Of a stretch of 64,000 nucleotides of DNA, positions 40,301-55,266 are shown piece by piece (position 1 is the stretch's first letter; each line of letters opens with the position of its first letter). A program made the translations under genes and the position numbers. Under the pieces are notes generated by a model. It made no database searches. It had not been told where the DNA came from and worked only from the letters and a program-made list of their open reading frames with translations. This stretch comes from Balanoglossus misakiensis (Eukaryota; Animalia; Hemichordata), in the NCBI GenBank assembly GCA_040954595.2, contig CM082594.2, positions 6,964,840-7,028,839 of the forward strand. The letters run 5' to 3'.

Positions 40301-42849
40301 ACAGGTTTTAATTGGTTCTGGATTGCGAAGATTCATTTCGCGTCACAGATTTTGTACATTATTGTGCTGTGGCCATATTTGGAGAAAACAAAGTGACGGT
40401 AACAACCTAGTCTGTGAGTGCTTATTTGATACACAAAAGCTTAGGAGGCAATGGTAACTTCACTATAAACAGCAGTACACGTTGAACAAGAAAGTCAACC
40501 ACACACCAGTGAATGGTGTACACTCATCTCTCTCACTGAAGACAGAAGACTACATGTATTTCAAATACTGCCAGGGAGTTCAAAAACGTTCACTCAAAAC
40601 TGTTTCGTGCTCTTATTCTGGAGTACCACCGAGAGGGCAGACAGTTCATTATCTTGCGACATGTTTCTGAAACATTCGCGACATATGCCTCTTGCTGCTG
40701 GCCGCGCGTGTCATGATGCGCCGAAATTGGAAAATTGCTGTGATTACTTCTCTTCCCAGTGACGTTGTCTTGAAGGCTTTAACGCCTGTTGACCCGACGT
40801 TTTTGAAGCACGCCGTCTAATAAGAATTCACCGTGGGTGTCATAAATTATTAAATCAGGCGTCGTTTTAAGATTACAAAGTCATGGAGAGTGCTGACGTC
40901 ACCGATTCTGAAACCGTCCCTTGTTATATTCCTTTCATACTCTCGCCTATTCAAAAAGCTGACTTTACACAATGCATCGGCGCCTTTCAGCCTGTCAGCT
41001 TGCGATGAGACAATTTCGAACAATATTACTCATGCATTATAATGTCATAATTTGACCATCACAAAAACGTGTGCGACATTCGTTTCATATGATCTATTGT
41101 TGTTATGGGGGCGGCTCCTTCACGCTATACGGTGTTTGTTTGTGCGCATGCTTCGGATATTTCAAGGTACCCCACATGCCAGACAATGTCTGCTGAATCC
41201 TTGAAGTTTTAAGAAAGACCCCCTCTTTTCTCTTTTCACTTTCATTTGTCAGTTTCTCACAAACGCCTCATCATACGTCGGCTTCTGATTTGATTCACGA
41301 ACAACGAACGAGTCGAAAGGATTATCATACACCGTAACGGCGATAACAAATTGCGGCAAATTATGCCGAGGGATTATTTTCGTATTGATTGCGTTCTGCT
41401 TTATGTGTTCCGGGTCGTTGGACACAAAAGCTGTCACTGCCCTGATTGATACACCGCCTTCGTCAGTGATTATTATGTCGTACAGAAGATTTGCGTCAAT
41501 TTTCTATCTTATCTTCCTTCTTTTGTTGATCTTTCTGCTTATAATTGGAGACAAGCATGAAAGGGAATTAGTCATTTGTTTGAATTCTTGTACTTATATA
41601 TAAATACTAAGTTGCAAGATATGAGCATGTGGCATGGCAGCAGTATATACACGCTTGCTTAATTTGATCTGCAGGAAATCTGTTTTGGGTGGTTGATGCT
41701 TTGTGCCCAAGAAAATCTTCTTGTGATCATTTTAAAGGAAGTGTGCCCTTTTCATATAGAACCCATTGAATGGTGCTTGTTCCTTATGTAAGGAAACTTA
41801 TCGAACACAGCGAAACCAGCCCGCCATGCAAATTCAAAGTTTACTTACTGAGAAACTTGTTTGAAGTCTTGATAATTTATTGAGTGATCACACGAAAACT
41901 TTGAAGATGGTCAAAACGATTGATATGATGCATCCTATGAAAATCATACTTATAATGTACTCAGAATTTCCGCGTAAAGTTTAAGTTTCTGTTTGCTTTC
42001 ATACTAGATATCCCTTTTAAAAATGAAATGCAATAACAGTGACGTCAAGAGAGCATCTGGGTAAAAAAAGCTCTATCTTAACAATACAACTTGACTGTGG
42101 CAAATCACCATATCTGAGTTTTGACTTTGTAAAGAATGTCATCTAATATTTATGTACATCTTGTTCATAAGTTATGATGTGACAGTGACTTTTCAAGGCA
42201 AATTAGATTGCATAGCTTGTTGTCAATGGGTTGTTGTAGAGGACGATAATGAAAGACGACGTTTTTACGCGAACATACGAATATTTTTTTCATTCGCGTG
42301 CTCCTGTGTGTTATGTGGTTTTGTGCAAACAGAATAGAGTGTTTGTATTCCCAAACATCATCATGGCCACACGCCACACTTATTTTGGGGGGCAGGTAAT
42401 AAATAAATCAAACATTAGCCAAGTCTTCGAAGATAATTTGTACTTGCGCGAAAAAAAAGATTTTTCATGTAAGATGGACATATGTCGGTTGAGCATACTG
42501 TTCACTTGTGCGCAAGAAACCTTGCTATATCACAATCTCATATCTTCAACAGAACCCATCTGAGTGCCTTGTACAAATATTATCGAAATGTCATCTAACA
42601 CTCAAAGTCAACAAGCCACTATATGTCTAATAACTTCACACTTTACTATTTGTTCATCAGTCTTCAAGTACCTGAGTGCACATTTCGTTATCTAGCCCAC
42701 GTGACCAAAATCTTGTTAACATGACGTTTAATTAGAGCAGCTGTGATCGTAGAATGATGGTTTCATATGTATTTAATCCTAGAAGAGCAGGAATTAAGCT
42801 TACATCTTTGATGAATATAGATTTCCTTTATTTTCATACGTCAAAATGT

Positions 42850-43080
42850 GTTAGATGGATTTGGTTGGAAAAGTGAAAATTAGGTTGTTGGCAGAATGTG
42901 GTAGTTGGAATAGATGTCATTAGTATGGTGTAAATAAGTTGCACGTAGCTACAGTAAGTTCATTTAAGTAGGCTGATTAACTTTATACTGTCAAACAAAT
43001 AGGTAATAATTGGGTATGCAGCAAGGTATGTAAGTAAGCAGGGTGTAGTATTGGGAATAGTTAGGTATTAGTTAAAGGTA
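42850..43080. repeat. Highly decayed G/T-rich tetranucleotide-like repeat (TAGG/TAAG/TTGG units)
   Basis: C-poor strand skew with recurrent TAGG, TAAG, TAGT and TTGG units. Confidence 0.45.
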
Positions 43081-46000
43081 TACAGTCATCTCAAATTTAT
43101 CACTGAGTATTCCAAAGAACACGTGGTGACTCTCTACTGGTATGTTGTTGATGAATCAGGGGTTACAACAACACCAGTTAGGTTTAAGGAATAGCTCGTG
43201 GACGAGGATACTTCCGACGGACTATTCGCCATTTTGTTTTTTATCCCTAGTTCGCTAGCAGTGTCAAAAGCTGGTCGTTCTAGCTGTCGTGTTACGCTTA
43301 TATCTGTGTGCTGTCGACATGACATAGCATGTAATATGCCTCGTATAATTGCCACATATCGTAGACGTTCCTGAGTTCGACCCGAGGATAAAGCAAGATG
43401 CTTCGTTAGCTAGGCAGTCAGGAATGATTGCCCCTGCAGACTTCCGGTTCCGCACGCAGACATTTTAAAGCATACAAAATGCCATATATACTTTACCTAC
43501 CATACTGCAGGCCTAGTGGATACTTTGTTTACGAGACAATTCGCAGGAGAAGATTTACATTTTGTATTTTACAGTTGCTAATAATATCGCCTTATTGCCG
43601 CCAATAAAGTGTAAATCAAGAAAAATTCAATTATATTATTCCGCATCGTAAACCATGCACACATTTCAATAAATCTCCCCGCGATAGATTTGCCACGCTG
43701 AGCTAAGTCTGCCTATTTGCATTTCCCCGTGCAAGGATTGGTATGTTCGACAGGAAGACTCTGTCTCATTATCGAGTTGTTACGTGCTCCGTGCCACATG
43801 AGTTCCTCGTGTATTCTAAGTACTCTACTTCTCCAGTATTATCTTCCGAACGACAGTGGTATATATTTTCATCCATGAATTTTATCCGCACCATCCGGGG
43901 CGAACCCCGTCGCCCCAGTTTACGGAACCAGCAGTGTAAAAAGTCAAAATGTCTCTCAATGAGAGATGATCCCTGAAACCAAACTTTATCTCTGGACCGT
44001 CTACCCCAGTCACCATCAGCGTAAAAAAATACAAGTATAAAAAGCATCCAAAATTGGCTTCAAGAATACTAAAGCCTTACTAATTTACAGCACCATATTC
44101 AGTCATGAGGAAATTCCACAGCCATATCGACGTTTTAACTCACCGGTAGTCCTTCTTATTTATAATTATTTCCTGGGAATAATTCTACATGCGGACAAAG
44201 ATTAGCAGGTTCGCCGTGCCGTGTTTTATTAAATTAAATCTCAAACCTCTTCTGAGATAAAACGAATGTGACATTTCCCCCCTTACAGCTGTGAAAAGAA
44301 CACAAAGTGAACATAAAGGATAGTCATTAGCTTGGTAAAAGACGCTAATGTGTACAATGTGATGCCTTTGTAGGACTAGGGATCTGAAGCAATTTTCAAA
44401 CTACGAAAATCCGATTAAGAATCTTGGGGGCCTATTATTTTGTTTGGTTTTCGCGGGAGTGCATGTTTTCTCCGCGTGCTGCCGCATACTATCGAAAGTA
44501 CATTTAATTTGCTGTTCGGCGGAAAGGTACTTAGTTGCTGTATGTTCGGGACTTCTAATCTTGCTTAATTACACATATGATGGCCCATGGTCGAATTTGC
44601 TGTGAACCGTTTCTGGATATCAGACAGGCATTGCTTTCAACAATCGAACAAACGAAAACTCACATTTTGGCAACTTTGATAGTGCATTTTCATATATCCT
44701 TAATCGCTATCTTCTCTAAAGAGACTGATTTTCACTACATTGAGCCCATCTTTTAGCGAGCTTTAATACACAAATGCCATTAAAATACCGAAACGCTTTT
44801 ACCAAAAGCAGCAAATTTAAGGTCGCCAGCTATCTATATACACAAACTATACATAATAGCACCCTAACAACTATATTTTCTTTACAAGCAACTGAGTTGG
44901 GTTAAAAGATGTATATCTATTGGTTGCTTCTGGAGACTCATGGTCTTGGGATATAAAACTGGAGAAAAATTATGTTAACAGAATCCGAACAGAAAGCATT
45001 TTACAATACATTGCACCATCCAGAATGCACAAAGCATTGGCAAATTACTGTCTTCTATGTACCCTTCCTTGGAAACGACAAAAATCTGATAGCTGCATGT
45101 AAATGTTCTAGGACCGTTTCTATAGCAAAAGACGTCAAGGCAGCCAAAATCATGCTGGTATTATTTTGCCGCAGACAATTCGGGGAAAAAAGTATAACCA
45201 GTCAATGGCAACTCCTAAAGCCTAACACATTTCCATGACAACACCAGAGGAAACACTCTGTAGCCTTTATATAGCAGTGTGCCCATACACGTTGGGAGTT
45301 ATCAATAGAAATATGCCTGTTATTGAAAGGGTACTTCAATCATGGACAACTTTTCAAACTTCAGCTAGTAACGTAAAGCCGCCTTTTCCCCCACAGAAAG
45401 CGGGCGAGAAACGTTCCCGCTGCAATTGTAATTGCGTCTCGCCTTTCTCATCAGAATCTACATTGATGGTGAAAGCTCGGATGAAATGCCGTTATTCACG
45501 GGTACTTTATTCCCGCGATTTTATAGTCTACATACTGATCCGTTGATAATGCGTAGTCGCGAAATATGACACGTTGTACATTTCGTCTTGGCATGAAACA
45601 ATCTGCCTTAACTGTAAATACATTTCTTGAGGTGAATGGACACGCTGGGATATTTCTAGCGCATTAACCTTTTGATGTGACCATACTTAAATGGTTTTGA
45701 CAGCCTTGTTCTTTTATTTTTTCACGCTTATCGTTAATACTTATCTTCGTGAGCATCAAGAAGGGCTCGAGGATTTATGAAGACATCTTCAGCGCCCAGA
45801 ATGAATAACTAATAAAAGCATTACCATAGTGTCCCATTGCAGCTGCTTGATCTATTGAGCGCGGGAGAGGTGTTGTGTTACATCACCATCGGCTAACACC
45901 TTTGCAAGAATGTCGTGATGTTTTTTCATAGTTTACCCGCGTTATCCGAGACGCAGAGAAGGGGGGAACAATCGATATTTCAAATATGGTTAAGTCATAT

Positions 46001-49000
46001 TGCGGAGAGACCGGCTCGTCTATAGCTGGAAATAATGAAGGGCGGGCGATTCACGCGAGAGCCCGAAGAAGTCGACGACTCGCATTCGGGGGGCGTCTGA
46101 GTAAACCGAAAGCTGTGAGCGGGCAAATCGCGCTGATGTAGTTCGTGTGTGACCGAGAGCGTCTGCTTGTGACGTGAAAGCGCGTCGAGTGAACAACGAA
46201 GCCCCCCAGATAGAGGAATCTAAAGTTGAACCAGATGACATGCAACCGCGAAGGCACTTTCAGGATTGCACAAACCGGATGCTTCAATACTCCCGGGGAA
46301 AAAGTCATCTCGAATTTCGCGCTTCAACCACTTTGTCAGTGCCGCGAGTCGAAGGATCACTCCGTATCTTGTTTCATTGAAATCGAAGTTCTATTTCCAT
46401 ATCGTGTATACGTTTACTGTAAATATGGCGCCGTACAGTTTACCCTGTGGTTTTTTGTTTCTGTTATCTATTGTTTCGAAAATAAAATCTGGCTTTTTAA
46501 TCAAAGGAAAACAGACCCTCTGAAGCGTGCAGATTATGCCCGTTAATTTAATCAAGCTCAAAGTCTACTTTCCAATTCTGAAGTCCAATTTTAGGAAAAG
46601 TAACTTTCTTAAGGGACCTGCTCAAGACAGACATTACAGAGGTTAATCACATGACATTCTCTCCTCTCTCTATGCACACTTTAAGGTGTGCAACTTTCAC
46701 TTGGAAGGTGGTTATCATTTAGGAGATATGGAACTTTTACCTGCGCGCATGGTGCACACAATATTTGTACTCAGCATTGAACGTTCGATAACATTTACTT
46801 TCATAGCGATGACATTTTATCAGAAGAGCAAATTTGTTGTCATGGTGTGATTTCGTTAATTACACTGACCTTCTCTCTCGCGGTGTACTTGCAAATATCG
46901 CTGACCTTTCTCAAGCAGTTCTAAGTGCCTGAGTTGCGGCACACAACAACTATGTCCTAATGTAATCATATTTTGCGTTTATGACCAATTAGTTTTAAGT
47001 TGCATTTGATGAAAGTTAAACGTAAAATATACGCAATCACTTAACAGAGTAAGAATGCATTTGCTATTAGATTTAGATTTGAACTTTATAAATGAGGTTA
47101 CCTAATGTGTGTTTATTTAATCCCAAAATAATTAGTATATGATTACAGAAGCTATGTGTTCTGCTTGCACTAGGTGATTTTCGGAAGACTTGGTTTATTA
47201 GTTGTTGTGCCTTGGTAACATGGTCTTGTTTGTCTTGTGTCTCAGGAGCGAGTTCTAGTTTGGAGAAATGGTGATGTTCAGCCTCTGACGGCTCATTCTT
47301 CAGTGTGCGTTACGTTCGCCCGGGACGCTTTTCACACATGACATAACCGCATTGAGTGGCGCATCTCAGAGGACATAATATTGGCATTCACACAGTGCTT
47401 GTCTTGGTCACTGAGAGAGGAACATGTGACTTCCCCCGGAATGCTGCAAATCACGATGCGGTAATAATCAGTTGATCGTGTTCGATTCTGTGACTTCAGT
47501 GTTTGCGCGTTCCTTTGAATCGGCGCGATGATTACTCGCACTCACGCGCTGTCGTAAATATACTAAACACGATTGAGATTGGAAACGAGCTGCTGGTGTG
47601 TGCATGCATCTAAAGCTTGGCATTGTCCAGTGTTTTACAAGTTTGAGCGATTGTTATATCGTTGTCATTTACATTACATGATTTCTGACAATTTAAACCC
47701 GCAAGGCACAAGTGATCGACAGGTCAGTCAATAGGCGGATTACAATGGTACCCATTATGTATCTGAATATCTAAAACATTAACCGTTTTTTTTCATGTGC
47801 ACTCATTATATACTGATGGAGATGAAAGTATTGTTATCAAAGCACAAGCTTCGTTGGCCAATAGCAAGTTTAAATAGACGTCACCTTGGTAACGGTATCC
47901 GGAAAAATCAATGCACGGAAGTGTAGGAGTCATTAAGCATAGTACGGAATGCTCAATGGAAACATCGCAACTTCTCAAATTCACGGGAAATTTGAATCAG
48001 CTGGCTACGATTTCATTATGTCCTTAGGGAGAAACGGCAGAACTAGTTCCGGGAAAAGTTTCTTTAATGTGTAAAGAAGATATTTCAGCAGATAAAAAAT
48101 TAACGATAAGAGCTTGAGGTGGTCAATCTGAGCAAAATGCACGAAAACACGTAACTGAGCCACTTAATCACTATTTCGATAACTTGTATAAGTCAATGTT
48201 GGAATGAGGGAGATGAATACACATTTCGAATCTTTATAGCTGTAAAATAAATCCAGGAAGACATTTTATCTGATTGTGATGTCAGATATTAATCTGCATG
48301 TGAGAGAAAAATTGCAGACTTTAAGATAGTGAGTCAGTGACTCAATAAAAATAACGGCCCGGGATCAGACTGTGTGGTTGTTGCGTAGTTGATCGATGGT
48401 ATCGCGGCGATGTGACTGTCGTCAGTGGATTTAGATGTCCTCAACGATTGGATATATTGGGATCAAATGTCTCATGGTTTAGGTATATGACGATTGTTTT
48501 ATGGTAATATGTCATCATCAAATGACAGTATAGACTAACGACAAAGTGGTTTGTGGTCTGCCTGATGTCATCACCGCTGTTCAGTTTACATTCTGTGCAC
48601 GCGTCATCATAGTCCAAAGCTGGACCACATCGATTAGGGAATACCAAACATCCACTGTTACATGGTTTAAGGAACCTTTCAGTAAATTCTCTTTTCCAAA
48701 TTAAGCAATTTCTACAAACCATTAATATGAATCATGTACGTTTTAGGCAGAAAACTGTTATATTCTCTCATGAAATAATTTATACCCATAGTACTGGTGT
48801 ATAATGTATGGGCCTTATGTTATTATTTTCCTGCATAGCAGTTATTAATAGCATGCTTTTCACAAAAAAGCAGCGTGTCACAGATTTGACGGACAATTTT
48901 CATCTGTACCATTTACTCTGAAAGATAAGATATGAAAGCACCCTCAAAGCATGAGTAAATGTAAACTTGGCCACCACCGTGTAACACATTTAAGAAAGTG

Positions 49001-51621
49001 GTAAGAACACTGCTTTTAAAGAAACCTCAAGGCGATACAACGTTAGGTTCCCTGTAACAATCACCCGACCCCTGGGATGCTATCATTCTCCTTCGGAGGC
49101 GAAATTACGAATATCGCCACTTCCATCTTCAGTCGTCGGCCGTCAAAACCAAGAGAATCGACGAAAACTGTGCTCTGAGCATTTGTCAGCCAAAGTCTTT
49201 CACTATATATGGATGATTTTTTGCCCATTGCAAGATCTCGCGAGACTTGCTAAATTGCTGTTACGTATACAGCTGGCCAAGTTAAGACAAGCCAAGCTTT
49301 GTGTGAAGCTGAAATATGTACAGAGTACAAAATTTGTATATGTTGTGCCATTTAATTCTTACACGGGAATGACCCCCCCCCCCCATTCTCACCCTCGCAG
49401 GGTCTTATGAAGTACGAAAAGAGATCTATTCACACCCCAAGCACCGCCTGTCACGGAGCACTCTAATTACCCACACTTCCCTCACTCAACCCCTGTGAAT
49501 ATATTGTCCTAATTACGACTTGCCCTTTATTAGGCTATATGATTTAAACGTTTCTCTGCATTCGGGTGATATCGAAAAGGAGAACGCAAAAGAAAAACTA
49601 GAGATGTGTAAGCAGTTGTTTGCTTTGATAAACCCCACACGATCAGAGTCTAATGAATCTCTGGTACTTACTCAGCGATCTGATAAATGTGGTTCTATTC
49701 ACGCGCGAGGGCTGGCTGATCAACGAGTTGTCAAACTGTAACTGGGGCACCTACTTTTGCACTAGGTGTGACAATTACTTGTGCGGAGTGCGATTGAGGA
49801 ATGGTCCGGCTTTAGTTTCTTGTCCTCTGATTGGCATTAGCCAATTAACGTGCTGTTGTTGTTTTATTTGAAGGACGTACTAGTACTCAATTATTCTTTT
49901 ATGCCCTAAAATATCATTTTTTTCTGTACGACGTCGCGCAAATTCGAGTCGATCTGTGTAGACATGTCCTTGGAATAAACGAAGTCACAATTTTAAGATC
50001 GTTAAAACCGTCAATGCAGATGATGGCAAAAAGGGCATTGTCGACAAAAATCAATTTATGTACACGTACAATTGACCATTGGACTTTTGTCTTTGTCTTG
50101 TTGACACGGCGGGTCCCTGAAAATAATGATCAACTATCCATTATGCACCAATTCTATTATTTCTTCAAGTTCCGGGTAAACATTATCTGTAAATGCACAA
50201 AACTGTCGGCACATTTAAAGTGTTATAGCACAAAAGGCCGACAACTAAAGATATGCAGAGATCAGTTTTAACAATAAATGATTCAAATGTGTTATTTCAA
50301 ATCGATGATCATGTTGAACAAGCTTTGATTGGCATAAATGAGAAAGTGTACGGCCTGACATTATCGACTGCTTGCCGCAAAGTCATGTCAAATGTAAATA
50401 TTTTCCCATTTAAAAAATATTCTCGTAACTATATCCAGCAGTCTATTTTGTGGCTACTTTGTTTAAGTCCCTGTGCAATTTACATGTGCATTACTTGAAC
50501 TGTCTATAAAGGTCACTTTAGGAAATCCCTTGACTGGCCGGTATAGACAGGTTCGCCTGTACTTTCTTTGAAATAGGCCATCCAAGCAATCGGAACAGTT
50601 GCAGTGTCGTACCCTACAGCCCACCCCTGGTGAATATGGAAAGCTCCCTTGTGCAAATAGGCTTCTGATTACGACCGAGGGAAACGGGTAATTCATTAAA
50701 ATCAGACTCATCCGGAAATTAACATGATCAAACCCTAGCTCGTGTTTGGAGTGGACGGCCATCGATCCGTTGACGTCGCCAAAACAAAGTTCCGCGACAT
50801 CTGTCTGAAAAGCTGGCAAACATTCTGCCAGGTGCATGCGCTTGCGTAATTGTGGTCCAGACTCTATTTACACTGCCCATGAACTCACCACCGCTAATTT
50901 CCTTCAGTTCATTTAGGCTTCATTCCACGCATAACCGCGCTGCTCTGTCTATCATAGTTAATATCAGGTACGAATCTGTCCATCACTGGCAATTTTGCGT
51001 TTGAGACAGTGTAATACGTGTATAAGACATCAATATTTGCAACCCTCTTTCTTTGACTCTGCACACACGATAGATGTAAGCGTTTACCGATAGGGACTGT
51101 TTAAACTTTCAGCGATGTTATTCAAATATTGGCGCTCGTTTTAAACCGAAATATGCAAGTGATAATCTCACTGTCAAACAATGCGAACTTTCTCCTTCCA
51201 CCGGAACAAATGCGAATAGCATTTACTAAAATGGACGCGAATTATCATCGCCGGCGGTCTGTATGACCGGGTGATTACTCCCTATGGAATAGATTTCACC
51301 AGTGGCTATTTAGACTGCTTAATGCGCATACCTTGTTTCGTCTACCATTCATAAATAAATATGAGCGCGATATTCTAGCGTGAGAAGCTGCCCTAGCTCT
51401 AGGAGAAAAATGCTCTCTCGGAAGACGAACCCGCCAAAAGAACTCCCGCCGGGTGATTCAAACGCAACGTGAAGATAATCACATCTCACAGCATACAGAT
51501 AGTGTAATGACTTCAGTGGTTTGCAAAAGTGACACTGACAGGCTCAATTTATCCATGGGGTGGCGTATTTTATTCCAAGTATGAAAGATGTGTGTGAAGG
51601 ACAATAACCAAGAAGAAAAAT

Positions 51622-51642
51622 GTCTGTCTGATTATCTATATC

Positions 51643-51675
<33 letters not shown>

Positions 51676-51731
51676 GCTCTCTGTCGGTCTGTCTCTTTCT
51701 CTCTCTCTGACTCTGTCTCTTATTCTCTCTC
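51622..51731. repeat. (TCTG)n/(CT)n microsatellite
   Basis: Direct reading; it explains the RERERDRQ pseudo-ORF. Confidence 0.9.
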
Positions 51732-54700
51732 CTGCGTGAGAATATATTCATTTTAAACTCACCACCAAGACTACAACAATATGTATTTTTGAGGAGATTT
51801 TCATAATACATATTTAGTTTCCGTTGCAATGCGCAGATCTGATAATGGAATACGAATAACGATAGGAAAACTTTTGTGGCGAGCCGTTTGTTGCCTTGGT
51901 AACGCCGATCCCAAGTAAGGAGTATTGGCACATCTCTTCAGTCGAGCTGACACAAACCGACCACTCACTGAACAAAACTTGTTAAGTGTCAGGCTTTGAA
52001 ATTTTGAATGTAGCAACAAAAAAATTAAGTTCCTCGTCGAGCGAATTGAAAGAAACAGGTTTTTGATGGAACAGTGATTTCTCGGAACAGACATTTGCAC
52101 AGGCGAAAGATTTAAAATGCTGTTTCCCTTAAAAGTTGATAATTTTATCGTTAAATTTCATATGAGAAAAATGGAGCAATCTCCTTTTACATTTTAGAGA
52201 CTGTCGATTTAGTGTAATGCAAAATCAGCCACAATTACAGTGCATGGAAAGTGGAAATCAAACCAAGCACAGATTTCTGTTGGGTGTCTACACGATTAAA
52301 TGGCCTCACCACATGGCAGACTTTGACACACCCTTTTTACCATATTCAGTATGGGAATATATCATAAATAAGAGGCAGTTGTATACCGGTTTAGATATCG
52401 GAAAAGTAGACACAGTAAAGTGCTCCGACCCAGTCCTGATTTGGCCCGGATCATAGACTGTACAGTAGTCGACAGTCTATGCTCGGATACTCTCATGACT
52501 GTGTCGATGTGCTGAAAGTTTGGCATGTTGATCCCAGATGTAGCTTTGGTCATCATTCGCGCGTGTGTGTATTATTACTGTGGCGCGTAGATCGCGTAGT
52601 GAAGTGGCCACGCCAGCGCCCACGAACTGTGAGCAGCTCGTCAAGTGAGCAGTTTTTTAACGAGTCTCCATAATTGAATACCTGAGATATATATCAAGTA
52701 CTTGTCTCACAGCAGAGTAAAAAGCCACCTGGCTTCGAACTCTGTCATTTGGGAGAGGCACTCCAAGGAGTAATTGCCACCTTCGACGTTCACTCGCGGA
52801 CCGTCAAGATTCAAACAGCGATGCTGGAGTAGACACGTCTCTATCGAATATTGTAATGTATTTACACACTTGTACTTCAATAATGCGTCTGAAATTACAT
52901 CTTTCTGTCTCTGTATTTGCCTCCAGTAGGCTCACTGCTTGCCTGGCTGGCTGGCTGGCTACCCGAGTTGCATGCGGACAATTTAACAAAGTAACTTTCG
53001 GGTGCAGCTGTAGGGAAAACAATGGATCATATCCGTCCTATGAGGGAATTTCATGAGTCTATTGTCAAGCAAAATAATAGGAAAATGACAAAAAGTAGAC
53101 CAACAACATATTAGGGCACATTGCAGGCAAATCGCAGCAAGGGACGTACATACATGAGTATCGCGTATGAAATCTTGCTCAGAAAATTTGTCTGTGAATT
53201 CGTGGCGTAAACTGCCTTTTGAGGTATTTCACGGGAACGTAATTTCCTCGCGACCATTAAATAGGAGTATTGAGCTATAGTTGGTGATAATTCTTCTAGG
53301 TCTCGTGTGGAACTGGTTTATTTCAGGGTAGGGGGCTATAAACTTGGTGTTTACTGCCAATTCGATATAAATCGCCATTTGTTCCGTCGTTAAAGAATCA
53401 ACCCTAAACTTTGGGATTCCAAGATCCATGCCTCATCATACAGGCAGAGTTATTCGCAGATCGCTCATATACTCCGGTTTATACGCAGTCATCCCTTTTA
53501 TAGAAAAGACACTCGTTAAGCTGATTGTTTCTTGGCAGCCGGCAATTAAACAGACAACCCAAACACGGTTATAAGTTCACTAAAAGATTTAAAGAGGTTT
53601 AGAATTGTGATCTTAGGGAAAAAAACCACCGAGTCCCGCTGTGTACCAGTAAGTGACAATGGTCAAGGCAGTATAAAGAGAAATGGTGACTTGTACACGA
53701 GAATGAATTTCAACAACCGAAAGCTCTTTATAAATTTGGCGTTTCTGATAGACAAGAAATATGCAGATTAGGGGAGAGACTTAACCAATCAGGATCGGCA
53801 CTTAAGAGGGATAGTTCATACACAAAAGAAGTGGTCAAATACTGTCATCTCATATGACAGAGACGTGCGGAAAGATACGCGTGGATGGTCGTTGGGGATA
53901 TTATGAGACTGCGAAACCCCTTAAAGCTTTTACACTAGTCTCTTTAAATTGAAATCTAACATCGCGGGCGGGGGAATTGTCATTCGCTTGGGACTATACC
54001 CAGAAACCACGAAGGCGTACTTTGGTTTGAAAACACACACAATAGCGCTATTTGAGCTGCTGTCATCGCGCGGTTCATCGCATCGTTTTTTAAAGCGTCA
54101 CACTTTACTCGTTTCTGACGACCCGGGTCAAGATTTCATGTACTGCCGTCGCTAGTTGTTTCAAAAGCCAAGCACGGTTGCCCCGTTGACGCGTCGGCAC
54201 GAAGATCGCCTCCCTGTAGTCGTACACCACTTTGTCCGCATTCAATCCGTCACCGCCCATCCCGTCACCAAGCCCATTACTGTCTAGTGCGTTTCGCACT
54301 TCGGCGATTGCCTGTCAACGCCCAGAAAAGTCCCAAGCGACGGCGTTTCTCCTTTAAATTGCAGAGGCATTCTAGTCTATAATGGTCGTGTAAACATCGT
54401 AGTCGATTACAGAAACAAGACATTACACTAGCATTGTCAAGAACCCGCGCGGCGAGATTCTCACTCATCTGGTTTAGATCCGAGAAATATGTTAATCAAA
54501 TCCGTGCACGAACTACTCGGATTCCATCCATAACGCCCATTAGTCTATACCTTTACGATCACTATCAAACCTAACTACCAGTACTAGAAGTGAAATACCA
54601 TATCAACCAAACAGTATTTTTAAAACAGCATTTTCCGAGTCGATGCGCATTAGTGATGTTCGCGTGATGAATCATAAATCGCGATTCAATACACTTTTCT

Positions 54701-55126
54701 ATCGATCCTGCAGCCGATAACAGACTTTGAATCAAACATTCAGTGTGTAAAATCCAACACAGCAAACTTTGCAGATTTTATCACCGGATATGGCTACACA
54801 GTTAGCAATCCGAAGCTCCATACAGAAATAAGCAAGTTTTATGCCGTCTTCACTTTCTGCGTCTGTCAGTGAGTCTGGCTGCCTGCATGCCTGTCCATCT
54901 TTTACCGACAAATTAGTGATATGTAGGATGATGATTCAAAAACCTTTCAGTCTTGTTTTGTGCCTTTCAAATGCTGTTTTAAACTTCAAGCGACTTTTTT
55001 CCAATGGTGCAATTACGCTGAAACATAATTTTCCATAACAAAAGAAGCGCTAATCCAGCACAGTTAGACGTTAGGACGTTAAAATGTTGGTTCAAAGCTG
55101 GTAAAAGTGCATGAGACGTGTCTTAC

Positions 55127-55266
55127 CTTGGCCGATATGCAGGTTTGATATCGCACGGCAAGTATTCCTAATATTCCAAGCTGTTGACGGGTGCGCACAC
55201 TGACTGGCTACGCTCTTCTCCCAACGTGCATTATACGCTGTGGACTGAATGGTTAAGGTTTATATA
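55127..55266 (-). promoter_or_regulatory. TATA box + putative non-coding first exon (about 55239-55127)
   Basis: Minus-strand TATATAAA at 55266-55259, a GC/CpG-rich upstream segment (about 55320-55560), and the consensus donor CAAG|GTAAGA (GT at 55126-55125) about 110 nt after the predicted start. Same layout as gene A exon 1. Confidence 0.55.

Noticed and set aside
41476-41603. Hydrophobic plus-strand mini-ORF MSYRRFASIFYLIFLLLLIFLLIIG...
   Set aside because: The hydrophobicity comes from a pyrimidine-rich tract, with no processing sites or splice support.
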